Part shown: in pieces, positions 29,258 to 37,779 of the stretch
How positions within the stretch are numbered: position 1 is the first letter of the stretch
Layout of the letters: every line of letters begins with the position of its first letter
Assembly (NCBI GenBank): GCA_050049355.1
Contig: JASFWK010000003.1
Span: 1-55,933 of the forward strand
Length of the DNA: 55,933 nt
Direction: 5' to 3'
DNA from: Anaerolineae bacterium
GTDB lineage: Bacteria; Chloroflexota; Anaerolineae; B4-G1; DUEL01
Notes under the pieces: generated by a model
What the model was told of the DNA's origin: nothing
The model's database searches: none
Seen by the model: only the letters and a program-made list of their open reading frames with translations
Made by a program: the position numbers and the translations under genes

Positions 29258-30481
29258 TCAGGATACGGCCATTCGCTCCGTGTCGGCAGTTCCTTCTCCG
29301 ATCCCCTTGGGCTCTACCGGAACGCGCTCCGCCTGTGCCAGAGCCTCCTCCACCAGACGGTCCATTTCGGTCGCCTGCTCGGCCTCCAACACCTCCTCCA
29401 GTTGAGGATGGGTCACCACGCGGCGGGGCATCAGGAACTGGCAGCAATCATCTCCCTCCATCTGAGAGAGTTGGAAAGTGCCAATCCGATTCGCCCAGTT
29501 GACAATCTCCTGCTTGTCCATGCCGACAAGAGGGCGGAGCACGGGCATTCGGATCGCCTCCTCGACTACTGCCATGCTATCCAGCGTTTGGGAGGCCACC
29601 TGCCCCAGCGACTCACCAGTAACCAGCGCCTTACCCTCCGCCTGATCAGTGAGCACCTCGGACACGCGGACCATCAGCCGGCGGTAGAGAATCACCCGGT
29701 AGGCGACAGGGGCGCGAACGGAGATCTCCCGCTGCTGCCTCCCGATGGGGACGATGTAGAGATACGGTTCCATCTTGTAGGCCTCTAGGGCGCGCACGAT
29801 CTCGCGCGCCCGCGCCTCAGCCCCCATCCAGTTGCCGAAGGGGCGACTGTGGAAATGGATAGGGATCACCCGACAGCCTCGCTTCAAGGCCAGGTAGCCA
29901 GCCACGGGGGAGTCAATCCCACCAGAGAGAAGCAGGCCGACCCGACCGCTCACCCCCACTGGCAGCCCTCCAGGTCCCGCCAGTTGGCCGAAGGAGAGAA
30001 TGACATGATCGCGGAGCACCTCCACGCGAATGACCAGATCCGCCCCCTCAAGCTGCACCGGCCAGCCAGTTCGTTCCTGAACCGCTGTCCCCAGCTCCCG
30101 CTCGATTTCGGGCGAGATCAGGGGAAAGGATTTATCATCGCGGGAAGCGCGGATGCAGAAGGAGTCAACAGAACCTGACGGCAGATGCTCCAATGCGGCT
30201 GCGCGGACATGGTCCATGTCGGGACGCGCCACGTGCGCCGGTGCGAAATTGGCGATACCGAATACAGTGCTCAGCGCCATCTCCCAATCTGATCCATCCA
30301 CCGGACGACTCAAGGTAACCAGAAGGCGTCCCGACAGCCGCTCCACTCGCTCCAGTCCCAGAGGTTTCATCCGCTCGGCGATGTTGTGCGCCAGCTTCCG
30401 TTCGAAAAAGGGGCGGTTTCGCCCCTTGAGACCGACCTCGGCGTAGTGAACGACGGCATGACGGCTTCGTTGCGCCCGCAT
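29258..30481 (-). CDS. thiI: tRNA 4-thiouridine(8) synthase ThiI
   Basis: THUMP-type N-terminus followed by the PP-loop LLSGGIDSPVA. Confidence 0.92.
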   Translation of the reverse strand: MRAQRSRHAVVHYAEVGLKGRNRPFFERKLAHNIAERMKPLGLERVERLSGRLLVTLSRPVDGSDWEMALSTVFGIANFAPAHVARPDMDHVRAAALEHLPSGSVDSFCIRASRDDKSFPLISPEIERELGTAVQERTGWPVQLEGADLVIRVEVLRDHVILSFGQLAGPGGLPVGVSGRVGLLLSGGIDSPVAGYLALKRGCRVIPIHFHSRPFGNWMGAEARAREIVRALEAYKMEPYLYIVPIGRQQREISVRAPVAYRVILYRRLMVRVSEVLTDQAEGKALVTGESLGQVASQTLDSMAVVEEAIRMPVLRPLVGMDKQEIVNWANRIGTFQLSQMEGDDCCQFLMPRRVVTHPQLEEVLEAEQATEMDRLVEEALAQAERVPVEPKGIGEGTADTERMAVS

Positions 30482-30633
30482 CTGTACCTATCTCCCCTCT
30501 ATCCTTGCCTCCGCGGTCAGTGTACCACACCTGCACTCGAACCGCCAGAGGCAGGCCAGGCCTCGCCGCCTCTGTGAGAAGGTGTAGCCCAGTGGCTGGT
30601 TCGAATTGCCTCAGCACCCATGGCCCAGGGGTT

Positions 30634-30662
30634 TTGCCTTCTTCCTCTTTACGGGTTACAAT
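30634..30662 (+). promoter_or_regulatory. sigma70-type promoter candidate for sppA
   Basis: TTGCCT (30634-39), a 17 nt spacer, then TACAAT (30657-62). Confidence 0.45.
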
Positions 30663-30726
30663 TGGATCATCCGCCTCGGGACCATTGATAGAGTCTGATC
30701 CGATCCCCGACCGAAAGGAGAGAGCG

Positions 30727-31719
30727 ATGGCGCAGCCCCAGAAGGAGCCTCCGGCCGATCGACAGCTACGCGAGCGCTCTCTCCTTTACATCTTCATCGC
30801 CTTCGTCCTTGGGTTCGCCCTGCCTATCTGCAGCTGCCTGGGTCTAGGCATAGCGACGACGACGGCATTGGGACGGATGGCATCCCGAGGAGCGGCAACC
30901 TTGCCCCGCGCTACCGGGCCGGCCGTGGTGGTCATCCCGTTGGAGGGGCTGATCGCCACCCAGACCGAGGCCTACGCCGAGACCATCACTCCAGAACAAG
31001 TCAGCGAACTGCTGGAGCGGGCCGAGGCAGATTCCTTGATACAAGCGATAGTCCTACGTATCGAAAGCCCCGGCGGGGGCGTGGTTGCCTCTAACGAGAT
31101 CTACCACATGATTCGGGAGACAGAGAAGCCCGTGGTCGTCTCAATGGGCTCCGTGGCGGCATCTGGGGGCTACTACATCGCCTGTGCCGCGGATCATATC
31201 GTCGCCAATCCAGACACTCTGACCGGCTCCATCGGCGTGATCAGTCAGTTCCCCAACGCCGAGGAGTTGATGGAGAAGATCGGGGTCGAGGTAGTGGTTA
31301 TCGCCAGCGGTTCCGCCAAGGATATCGGCTCTCCCTTCAGGGACATGACCGAGGAGGAACGAGCCATCTGGGAGCGGATCATAAGCGAGACCTACGAGGC
31401 ATTCGTCGCAGTGGTGGCTGAGCGCCGCGATCTATCGCCGGAGAGAGTGCGCGAGCTGGCCGACGGTCGAGTCTACACAGGCCGGCAGGCGCTGGAGACG
31501 GGATTGGTGGATCAATTGGGGACGCTGGAGGACGCGGTGGCGAAGGCAGCAGAACTGGGCGACATCGAAGGGAAACCTGAGGTGCTCGAACTGGAACCGC
31601 CACCCAGTCTCTATGAGCTGCTGACGGATTTTCAGGCCCATTCTTCATTGCCCTCCCTAGAGGAACTCCTGGACTGGGCCGCCGCTCCCTCGCTGGAGTA
31701 TCGCTACGTGGAGCCGTAA
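30727..31719 (+). CDS. sppA: signal peptide peptidase SppA (36K type)
   Basis: Ser nucleophile context GSVAASGGYYIA, an N-terminal TM helix, and the GRVYTGRQALETGLVD motif. The ATG at 30727 is preceded by AAGGAGAGAG. Confidence 0.9.
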   Translation: MAQPQKEPPADRQLRERSLLYIFIAFVLGFALPICSCLGLGIATTTALGRMASRGAATLPRATGPAVVVIPLEGLIATQTEAYAETITPEQVSELLERAEADSLIQAIVLRIESPGGGVVASNEIYHMIRETEKPVVVSMGSVAASGGYYIACAADHIVANPDTLTGSIGVISQFPNAEELMEKIGVEVVVIASGSAKDIGSPFRDMTEEERAIWERIISETYEAFVAVVAERRDLSPERVRELADGRVYTGRQALETGLVDQLGTLEDAVAKAAELGDIEGKPEVLELEPPPSLYELLTDFQAHSSLPSLEELLDWAAAPSLEYRYVEP

Positions 31720-31760
31720 CTCATCGGCCAACGGATAGTCGGATTCGCAGAGGAGGGACT

Positions 31761-32663
31761 ATGTCTTCTTCATCCCCGACTTTTGGCCTGGCTCTCGGCG
31801 GTGGTGGGGTGCGTGGTCTGGCGCACATCGGCGTGCTCAAGGCACTGGAAAGAGAGCAGATTCCCATCCACTTCATAGCAGGCACCAGTATGGGTGGGCT
31901 CATCGCCGCCGCCTACGCTGCCGGTCTCTCGCCCGAAGAGATAGAGGAAGAGGCACTTCGATTGGCTAACCCTCGTCGTCTGATCACCTTCCTCGATCGA
32001 TCCCTGCCTCGGCGAGGCCTGATTCAGGGGCAGAAGGTGATGAAATACCTATCCGAATGGCTTGGTGAAATCACTTTCCAGGATCTGCGAGTGCAGCTGG
32101 CGCTGATCGCTGTGGATCTGAAGAAGGGAGACAAGATAGTCTTGCGCGAAGGGAAGGTGCTGGAGGCAGTTCGCGCCACCATGGCCCTGCCCGGAGTCTT
32201 CGCACCCGTAGAGCGGGACAATCAGTTGTTGGTGGATGGAGGGCTGCTCGACAACATACCCGCCGATGTCGTGCGCCAGATGGGAGCAGACGTGGTTATC
32301 GCCGTAGATACCTCCACAGGCGCGGAGGCTTTGGCGGTGTTGATCGAAGATATGTACCGCCGTCGTTTTCTGCCCGACAGGTTGGTGGGCCTTATGGAAG
32401 TCATATGGCGCTCCGTGACTGTGATGGCAAGTGAGATTAGCTCCCGCTGTCTGGAGGTCGGTCAGCCGGACCTGCTCCTCCGTCCATCCATTCCTCAGGC
32501 AGTGACGACCCTGACCGGCTTCACTCATGCAAGGGAGGTCATTTCCTCAGGGGAGCGGGCGATGGAGGAAGCATTGCCCAGCCTGCGCAAGACGTTGGGC
32601 AAGGATCAGGATCCTCTTGAGCACATGACCAAAGCAACCAAGGAGGCCGCCCCGACAGATTGA
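31761..32663 (+). CDS. patatin-like phospholipase
   Basis: Oxyanion GGGGVRG, the GxSxG motif GTSMGG, and the catalytic DGG (VDGGLLDNIP). Confidence 0.92.
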   Translation: MSSSSPTFGLALGGGGVRGLAHIGVLKALEREQIPIHFIAGTSMGGLIAAAYAAGLSPEEIEEEALRLANPRRLITFLDRSLPRRGLIQGQKVMKYLSEWLGEITFQDLRVQLALIAVDLKKGDKIVLREGKVLEAVRATMALPGVFAPVERDNQLLVDGGLLDNIPADVVRQMGADVVIAVDTSTGAEALAVLIEDMYRRRFLPDRLVGLMEVIWRSVTVMASEISSRCLEVGQPDLLLRPSIPQAVTTLTGFTHAREVISSGERAMEEALPSLRKTLGKDQDPLEHMTKATKEAAPTD

Positions 32664-32863
32664 CCGGAAGACCTCCGGCACGGAGCTGCGAACCCGACGC
32701 GCGGCCCACTTCGATCCATGACAAGAGGTTCGGACTTCAATTGATTTAGTACTTGATCACTGAGTTTCTGGTTTACTAAGAGCCGCCCTTTCCGCCTTCC
32801 TGTGAGGAGTTCGCATATCAGAATCCGTATGATCAAGTGCTAGCTGCGCACCTGTAGTGGTGA

Positions 32864-34558
32864 TTGACCCCTAAGATGATTGGCCTGCCCACCAGAGGAA
32901 TACGTCACCTGCGCCGTTATCGCCAGATCGCCGGCGTCCTCACGCGCTATGGCTTCGGGGCCTTGGTGGAGACACTGGAGGGTCCCCTCCCTCGTTCATT
33001 CCCCCAGCGGTTGCTGCAGCAACTGCGCCCCTCCGCCGACCAGCTGGGCATGCCTCGCCGACTGCGGATGGCGCTCGAAGAGCTGGGGCCCACCTTCATC
33101 AAGATGGGTCAGATACTCAGCACCCGTCCTGATCTGCTCCCTCCCGCCTACATCGCCGAGCTGACCCGCCTCAGGGACGATGTCCCTCCGGGACCATGGG
33201 AGCCCGTGCGGGCCCAGATTGAGGAGGAGCTGGAGGCCCCGCTGAAGGAGCTCTTCGCATCCTTCGACCCGGAGCCCATCGCCGCTGCCTCTCTCGCACA
33301 GGTCCACGTAGCGACCCTAACGGACGGCACCTCCGTGGCGGTGAAGGTTCAGCGACCGGGCATCAAATCGACCATTGAGACAGACCTGGAGATACTCTTC
33401 GACGTGGCGCGGCTGCTCCAGAACCGCACGGCGCTGGGGGAGCTGTACGACCTACCGGGCATTGTGGAGGAGTTCGCAGCGACGCTCCGGGCCGAGCTGG
33501 ACTTCCAGCGAGAGGGGCGCAATGCCGACCGCTTCCGCCGAAACTTCGCCGAGGAGCCCTATCTCTACATCCCGAAGGTCCACTGGGATTACACCACCCG
33601 GCGGGTGCTCGTGCTGGAGCGAATCGAGGGGGTGAAGATAGACGATGTAGAAGCGCTCGACGCTGCCGGGTGCGATCGTCGTCGAGTGGCACTCCACGCC
33701 ACACGGATGATCATTAAGGAGATCCTGGAGGATGGATTCTTCCACGCCGACCCCCATCCGGGCAACTTCGTAGTGATGGAGGACGAAGTCATCGGGGCGA
33801 TGGACTTTGGAATGGTGGGCTACCTCGGCCGAAGGGACCGAGCTGACTTGATCCGTCTCTACATCCATGCGATGCAGTTGGACGAGGAAAGAGTGGTAGA
33901 TCAGCTGATCCGTATGGGAATGGTGGAACGGCGAGCCGACCTGGACCGACTGCGGCGGGATATCGGGCGGCTGCTGCGCAAGTACCAGGGCCTGCCCCTC
34001 AAAGCGATTCGGGCACAGGAAGTGATGAAGGAGGCAACGCCCATCGCCTTCCGCCATCATCTGCGGCTTCCCAGCGAACTATGGCTGCTGGGCAAGACCC
34101 TGACGATGATGGAGGGGGTAGGGTTGAAGCTGTACCCGGACTTCGATCCCTTTGCCGTCTCCGAGCCATACGTTCGGCACTTCATTCAACAGGTGTTCTC
34201 CCCTGCCACATGGGGGCCGGCGCTCCTGGAAAGCGCCGCTGAATGGGGATCGATGATTGAACTGATACCTCGCATCGGCACGCGTCTATTGACCCAGGTG
34301 GAGCGAGGAGAACTGGAAGTGACCATCCGTCACAAAGGACTGGGACAATCGCTGGCCCGTCTGGACCGGTTGGCCAACCGTATCTCCCTCAGCCTGTTGC
34401 TGGCGGCCATGATCGTCGGGTTGGCACTGCTGGTACCGGCCTTTCGCTTGGTGGAGCAGGGGGGAATAGCCATTGCGCTGCTAATCCTCGGCTTCGGCGG
34501 GGTCACCCTTCTGGGAATATGGGTGATAATCTCCATCCTACGTTCGGGGCGGAGATGA
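32864..34558 (+). CDS. ABC1/UbiB-family atypical kinase with C-terminal TM helices
   Basis: Motifs ASLAQVH, DFQREGRNADRF and HADPHPGNF. The start is TTG at 32864 or ATG at 32876. Confidence 0.9.
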   Translation: MTPKMIGLPTRGIRHLRRYRQIAGVLTRYGFGALVETLEGPLPRSFPQRLLQQLRPSADQLGMPRRLRMALEELGPTFIKMGQILSTRPDLLPPAYIAELTRLRDDVPPGPWEPVRAQIEEELEAPLKELFASFDPEPIAAASLAQVHVATLTDGTSVAVKVQRPGIKSTIETDLEILFDVARLLQNRTALGELYDLPGIVEEFAATLRAELDFQREGRNADRFRRNFAEEPYLYIPKVHWDYTTRRVLVLERIEGVKIDDVEALDAAGCDRRRVALHATRMIIKEILEDGFFHADPHPGNFVVMEDEVIGAMDFGMVGYLGRRDRADLIRLYIHAMQLDEERVVDQLIRMGMVERRADLDRLRRDIGRLLRKYQGLPLKAIRAQEVMKEATPIAFRHHLRLPSELWLLGKTLTMMEGVGLKLYPDFDPFAVSEPYVRHFIQQVFSPATWGPALLESAAEWGSMIELIPRIGTRLLTQVERGELEVTIRHKGLGQSLARLDRLANRISLSLLLAAMIVGLALLVPAFRLVEQGGIAIALLILGFGGVTLLGIWVIISILRSGRR

Positions 34559-34762
34559 GATGAGGTTTGATAATGTCCCCAGAGCTGCCAACATCAGTTC
34601 AGAGAATCGCAGGTGCGCTCGCAGACCGTGCGATCTGTATCCAAGACCGGATTTGTCGTGGTATGAAGTCAGCGCTGGAACACACATGGCCACCCAGCAG
34701 CGCAGTGGTCGAGCCAGGCAAGCGGCAGAACGAATTAGCCCCACTTTGTAGCCAACAACCGC

Positions 34763-34791
34763 TTGACAATGAAATGTATCTATGGTAATCT
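34763..34791 (+). promoter_or_regulatory. sigma70-type promoter (extended -10) for the roadblock/V4R cluster
   Basis: TTGACA (34763-68), a 17 nt spacer, then TGgTAATCT (-10 hexamer at 34786-91). Confidence 0.5.
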
Positions 34792-34852
34792 CTGACCCGT
34801 TAGCGGGCGCGTCTGGCGGATTGTGCCACTCTTATCCTGCGAGGAGCGGAGA

Positions 34853-35227
34853 ATGGGAGCGAAATCACGAACCGACCAAATAGTGGAGCGCCTGCGGCAG
34901 CTCCAAATGAGCACCCCTGACATTGAGGCCTCAGCCGTCGTCAGTGTGGACGGGTTGACAATCGCTTCTTCCCTTCCGTCAGGTGTAGAAGAGGACCGCG
35001 TCTCGGCGATGTCGGCCGCAATGCTCTCCCTTGGTGAACGCATCGCCAGCGAGCTGCGACGTGGCACTCTCGACGAAGTATATGTGAGAGGAGCAAATGG
35101 CTATGTGATTCTCAGCGCTGTGGGTCGGGAGGCTGTGCTGACAGTCTTGGCGCGCAGCGGTGCGAAACTGGGGCTGGTCTTCTTGGAGATGCGGCGCGCG
35201 GTCGAAGAACTGGCGGATGCTCTATAG
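34853..35227 (+). CDS. roadblock/LC7 (MglB-like) domain protein
   Basis: The pattern ...ASAVVSVDGLTIAS...VSAMSAAMLSLGE...GYVIL... is typical of Robl/LC7 domains. The ATG at 34853 is preceded by GAGGAG. Confidence 0.85.
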   Translation: MGAKSRTDQIVERLRQLQMSTPDIEASAVVSVDGLTIASSLPSGVEEDRVSAMSAAMLSLGERIASELRRGTLDEVYVRGANGYVILSAVGREAVLTVLARSGAKLGLVFLEMRRAVEELADAL

Positions 35228-35275
35228 GCTCGGCTAGCCCTACACTGCTTTAGGCACAGTTGCAGGAGGAATGAC

Positions 35276-35908
35276 GTGAGACGAATCGAGCCAAGCGGGT
35301 ACTTCTACCCAAACAAGCTGGCCCGTGTCTACATTCTGGCTCTGGAAGATGTTATGGGGAAGAACGGCCTTAACGCCATTCTGAACCTGGCAGGTCTCTC
35401 TCACCTGATTGATAACTATCCCCACGATAATTTCGACAAGCAATTCGAGTTTTCTGACTTCTCGACGCTCAACTGGGCGCTTGAGGAGATGTACGGCCCG
35501 CGCGGAGGGCGTGGGCTGGAGCTGCGAGCTGGGCGGGCTGCCTTTGCACGAGGGTTGCCCGGATTCGGCCCTCTCGCTGGCGTGGGCGATCTGGCCTTCA
35601 AAGTTCTGCCCCTCCAGGCTAAGTTGAGGGCAGGGATCCCTGCGTTGGCCAAGATCTTCACGGAGTTCAGCGACCAGACCAGTAGGGTAGAGGACAAGGG
35701 GGAATACTACACGTACACCATGAATCCCTGCCCCGTATGCTGGGGGCGCCAGGTCGACCGGCCGATCTGCTTTGCGGGAATGGGGGTGATCGAAGAAGGC
35801 CTGCACTGGGTGAGCGGAGGAAAGAAGTTCCGCGTGGACGAGATCGAGTGCGTGGCTGCCGGTGGAGATATCTGCACCTACGCTATCTACAAGGAGCCAA
35901 TCGGCTGA
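35276..35908 (+). CDS. V4R (4-vinyl reductase) domain protein
   Basis: C-terminal V4R Cys pattern NPCPVCWG...PICFAGMGVIEEGL...EIECVAAGGDICTY. The GTG start is preceded by AGGAGGA. Confidence 0.8.
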   Translation: MRRIEPSGYFYPNKLARVYILALEDVMGKNGLNAILNLAGLSHLIDNYPHDNFDKQFEFSDFSTLNWALEEMYGPRGGRGLELRAGRAAFARGLPGFGPLAGVGDLAFKVLPLQAKLRAGIPALAKIFTEFSDQTSRVEDKGEYYTYTMNPCPVCWGRQVDRPICFAGMGVIEEGLHWVSGGKKFRVDEIECVAAGGDICTYAIYKEPIG

Positions 35909-36087
35909 GTGCGTGCCCAAGGAGCCTTTGGAGACATCGCCGACCAAGCCAACCTGACTGGACCTCTATTGGCTCAAGAGCGCCCACCTCAAGAACGCTT
36001 CGAGGGAAGCCTCCGGAGTCCTGTGCCCGGCCGCGAATGTTGGGTTTCGGCTGGACACGGGTGTGAGCCACTCTGATCGACGCGAAT

Positions 36088-36957
36088 ATGGCGTCTCACA
36101 TTCTGGTCGTCGAGGATGAGCCGAATACGGCCGAGATGCTGACGGAGTATCTTGAGTCACAGAACTACCGCGTCACGGCCGTGAGGGAGGGCGAGAAGGC
36201 ACTTGCCTTCGTCCGGGAGACCCTACCCGACCTCGTAGTGCTGGACATTCGTCTCCCCGACATTGACGGCTATGAGGTCTGCCGCCGACTCCGTTCCCAT
36301 CGCCGCTCCGCCCACGTACCGATTATCTTCCTCACGGAGAAGCGAGAGCGGATCGACCGACTCACAGGGTTGGAGCTGGGAGGGACGGACTACGTTACTA
36401 AGCCCTTTGACGTACAGGAACTGCGCCTACGAGTGCGCAACGTCCTCCGGCGATCCACCCTGGAGCCGGTGGCTCACCCGATAACTGGTCTTCCCTTTGC
36501 CGCCCTCGCTGAAGAGCACCTCACCCGCCTTCTGGTGAATGAGGAGAGGGAGTGGGCCGTCGTAGCGGTGAAGTTGAACGGGCTGGACGATTTTGGCGAA
36601 GCCTACGGTTTTGTGGCCCGAGACGACATGTTGCGGGCTGTAGCGCTGATAATTCAGCGCACGGCCGATGAGGAAGCAGGAGAGGAGCCCTTCGTCGGTC
36701 AGTTGGGTGACGGTATGTTCTTTCTCATCACTCCCCCAGCGTGTGCCGCGCAGGTGCGGGAGCGGCTGGAGAGTCGCCTGCAGGAGGCATTGGTCTTCTT
36801 TTACCCACGCGTTGACTGGGAGGCTGGTCAGAGCGAAGGAGGCGGTCCCCTACCGCGGCTCTCGATGGAGGTAGGCACGCTGGCCGGCCCCGGTCCCTGC
36901 CAGAATCTGGCTGACTTGGAGAAAGCGATCAGCGGTTCGCTAACTCCCATTCAATAG
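36088..36957 (+). CDS. response regulator: receiver + degenerate GGDEF-like output domain
   Basis: The REC domain has VVEDE, LDIRLPDIDG and TKP. The C-terminal half aligns like a diguanylate cyclase (ITGLP...LDDFGEAYGF...) but has QLGDGMF in place of GGDEF. Confidence 0.8.
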   Translation: MASHILVVEDEPNTAEMLTEYLESQNYRVTAVREGEKALAFVRETLPDLVVLDIRLPDIDGYEVCRRLRSHRRSAHVPIIFLTEKRERIDRLTGLELGGTDYVTKPFDVQELRLRVRNVLRRSTLEPVAHPITGLPFAALAEEHLTRLLVNEEREWAVVAVKLNGLDDFGEAYGFVARDDMLRAVALIIQRTADEEAGEEPFVGQLGDGMFFLITPPACAAQVRERLESRLQEALVFFYPRVDWEAGQSEGGGPLPRLSMEVGTLAGPGPCQNLADLEKAISGSLTPIQ

Positions 36958-37041
36958 GCTCACTCCTGAGCTGGCACGTTCCCTGGGTTGCGGCTGCCGC
37001 CTTCGTCCAGCCGCACTTTCTTGCTTTGGAGCAAGGCGGAC

Positions 37042-37779
37042 ATGCAGGTAACAGTAGTTATCCCCACCTACAACGAAGCGAAGAACCTCGTTCCGATGGC
37101 GGAGGCGCTGTGGGAAGTGGGACCGCCGGAGCTGAGCATTCTGGTGGTCGATGATGAGTCTCCCGACGGTACCGGAGCCATCGCCCACCAGCTGGCGGCC
37201 GAGAATCCCGGACGCTTAAACGTCCTCCACCGGACTGGCCCTCGCGGCCTGGGGCATGCCTACAAGGATGGTTTCCGGTGGGCGCTAGCGCACGGGGCGG
37301 AAGCCGTGGCTCAGATGGATTGTGATTTTTCCCACGCCCCTGCCGATGTTCCCCGGCTGCTGGCACACGTCCCCGACTACGACGTGGTCGTCGGCTCCCG
37401 CTACGTACAGGGAGGCCAGACCGACGAGGAATGGGGGCTGGGTAGGGTCTTCCTCTCGTGGTGGGCGAACTTCTACGCCGGTTTGATTCTGGGCTCCCGT
37501 GTGCGGGACATCACCGCTGGCTTCAAGGCCTGGCGGCGGGAAGCGCTTGAAGGGATTGACCTGGAGAGCGTCCGCTCCCAAGGCTACGTCTTCCAGGTGG
37601 AAATGGCCTACATCTGCGAGCGACTGGGCTATCGCGTCCTGGAGGTCCCCATCTACTTCGAGGATCGACGCATCGGCCGCTCCAAGATGACCATGCCGGT
37701 CAAGATTGAGGCCGCCCTGCGGGTGTGGGAGGTTCGCTGGCGCCACCGGCATCTGCAGCCCCGCCGTGGAGGCGTATGA
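37042..37779 (+). CDS. GT2 polyprenol-monophosphate sugar synthase (Dpm1/Ppm1-like)
   Basis: Motifs [22 protein letters not shown] and the DxD-type DCDFSH. It is a soluble type of 245 aa from the ATG at 37042. Confidence 0.88.
   Translation: MQVTVVIPTYNEAKNLVPMAEALWEVGPPELSILVVDDESPDGTGAIAHQLAAENPGRLNVLHRTGPRGLGHAYKDGFRWALAHGAEAVAQMDCDFSHAPADVPRLLAHVPDYDVVVGSRYVQGGQTDEEWGLGRVFLSWWANFYAGLILGSRVRDITAGFKAWRREALEGIDLESVRSQGYVFQVEMAYICERLGYRVLEVPIYFEDRRIGRSKMTMPVKIEAALRVWEVRWRHRHLQPRRGGV

Noticed and set aside
30584-30606. GTAGCCCAGTGG followed 2 nt later by GGTTCGAAT, i.e. D-loop-like and T-loop-like motifs in the thiI/sppA divergent spacer. Possible tRNA relic or att site.
   Set aside because: No anticodon arm is present, the T-stem does not pair (GCTGG / TGCCT), and the acceptor stem is at best 4 bp. 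No integrase or repeat is nearby. It is most likely chance.
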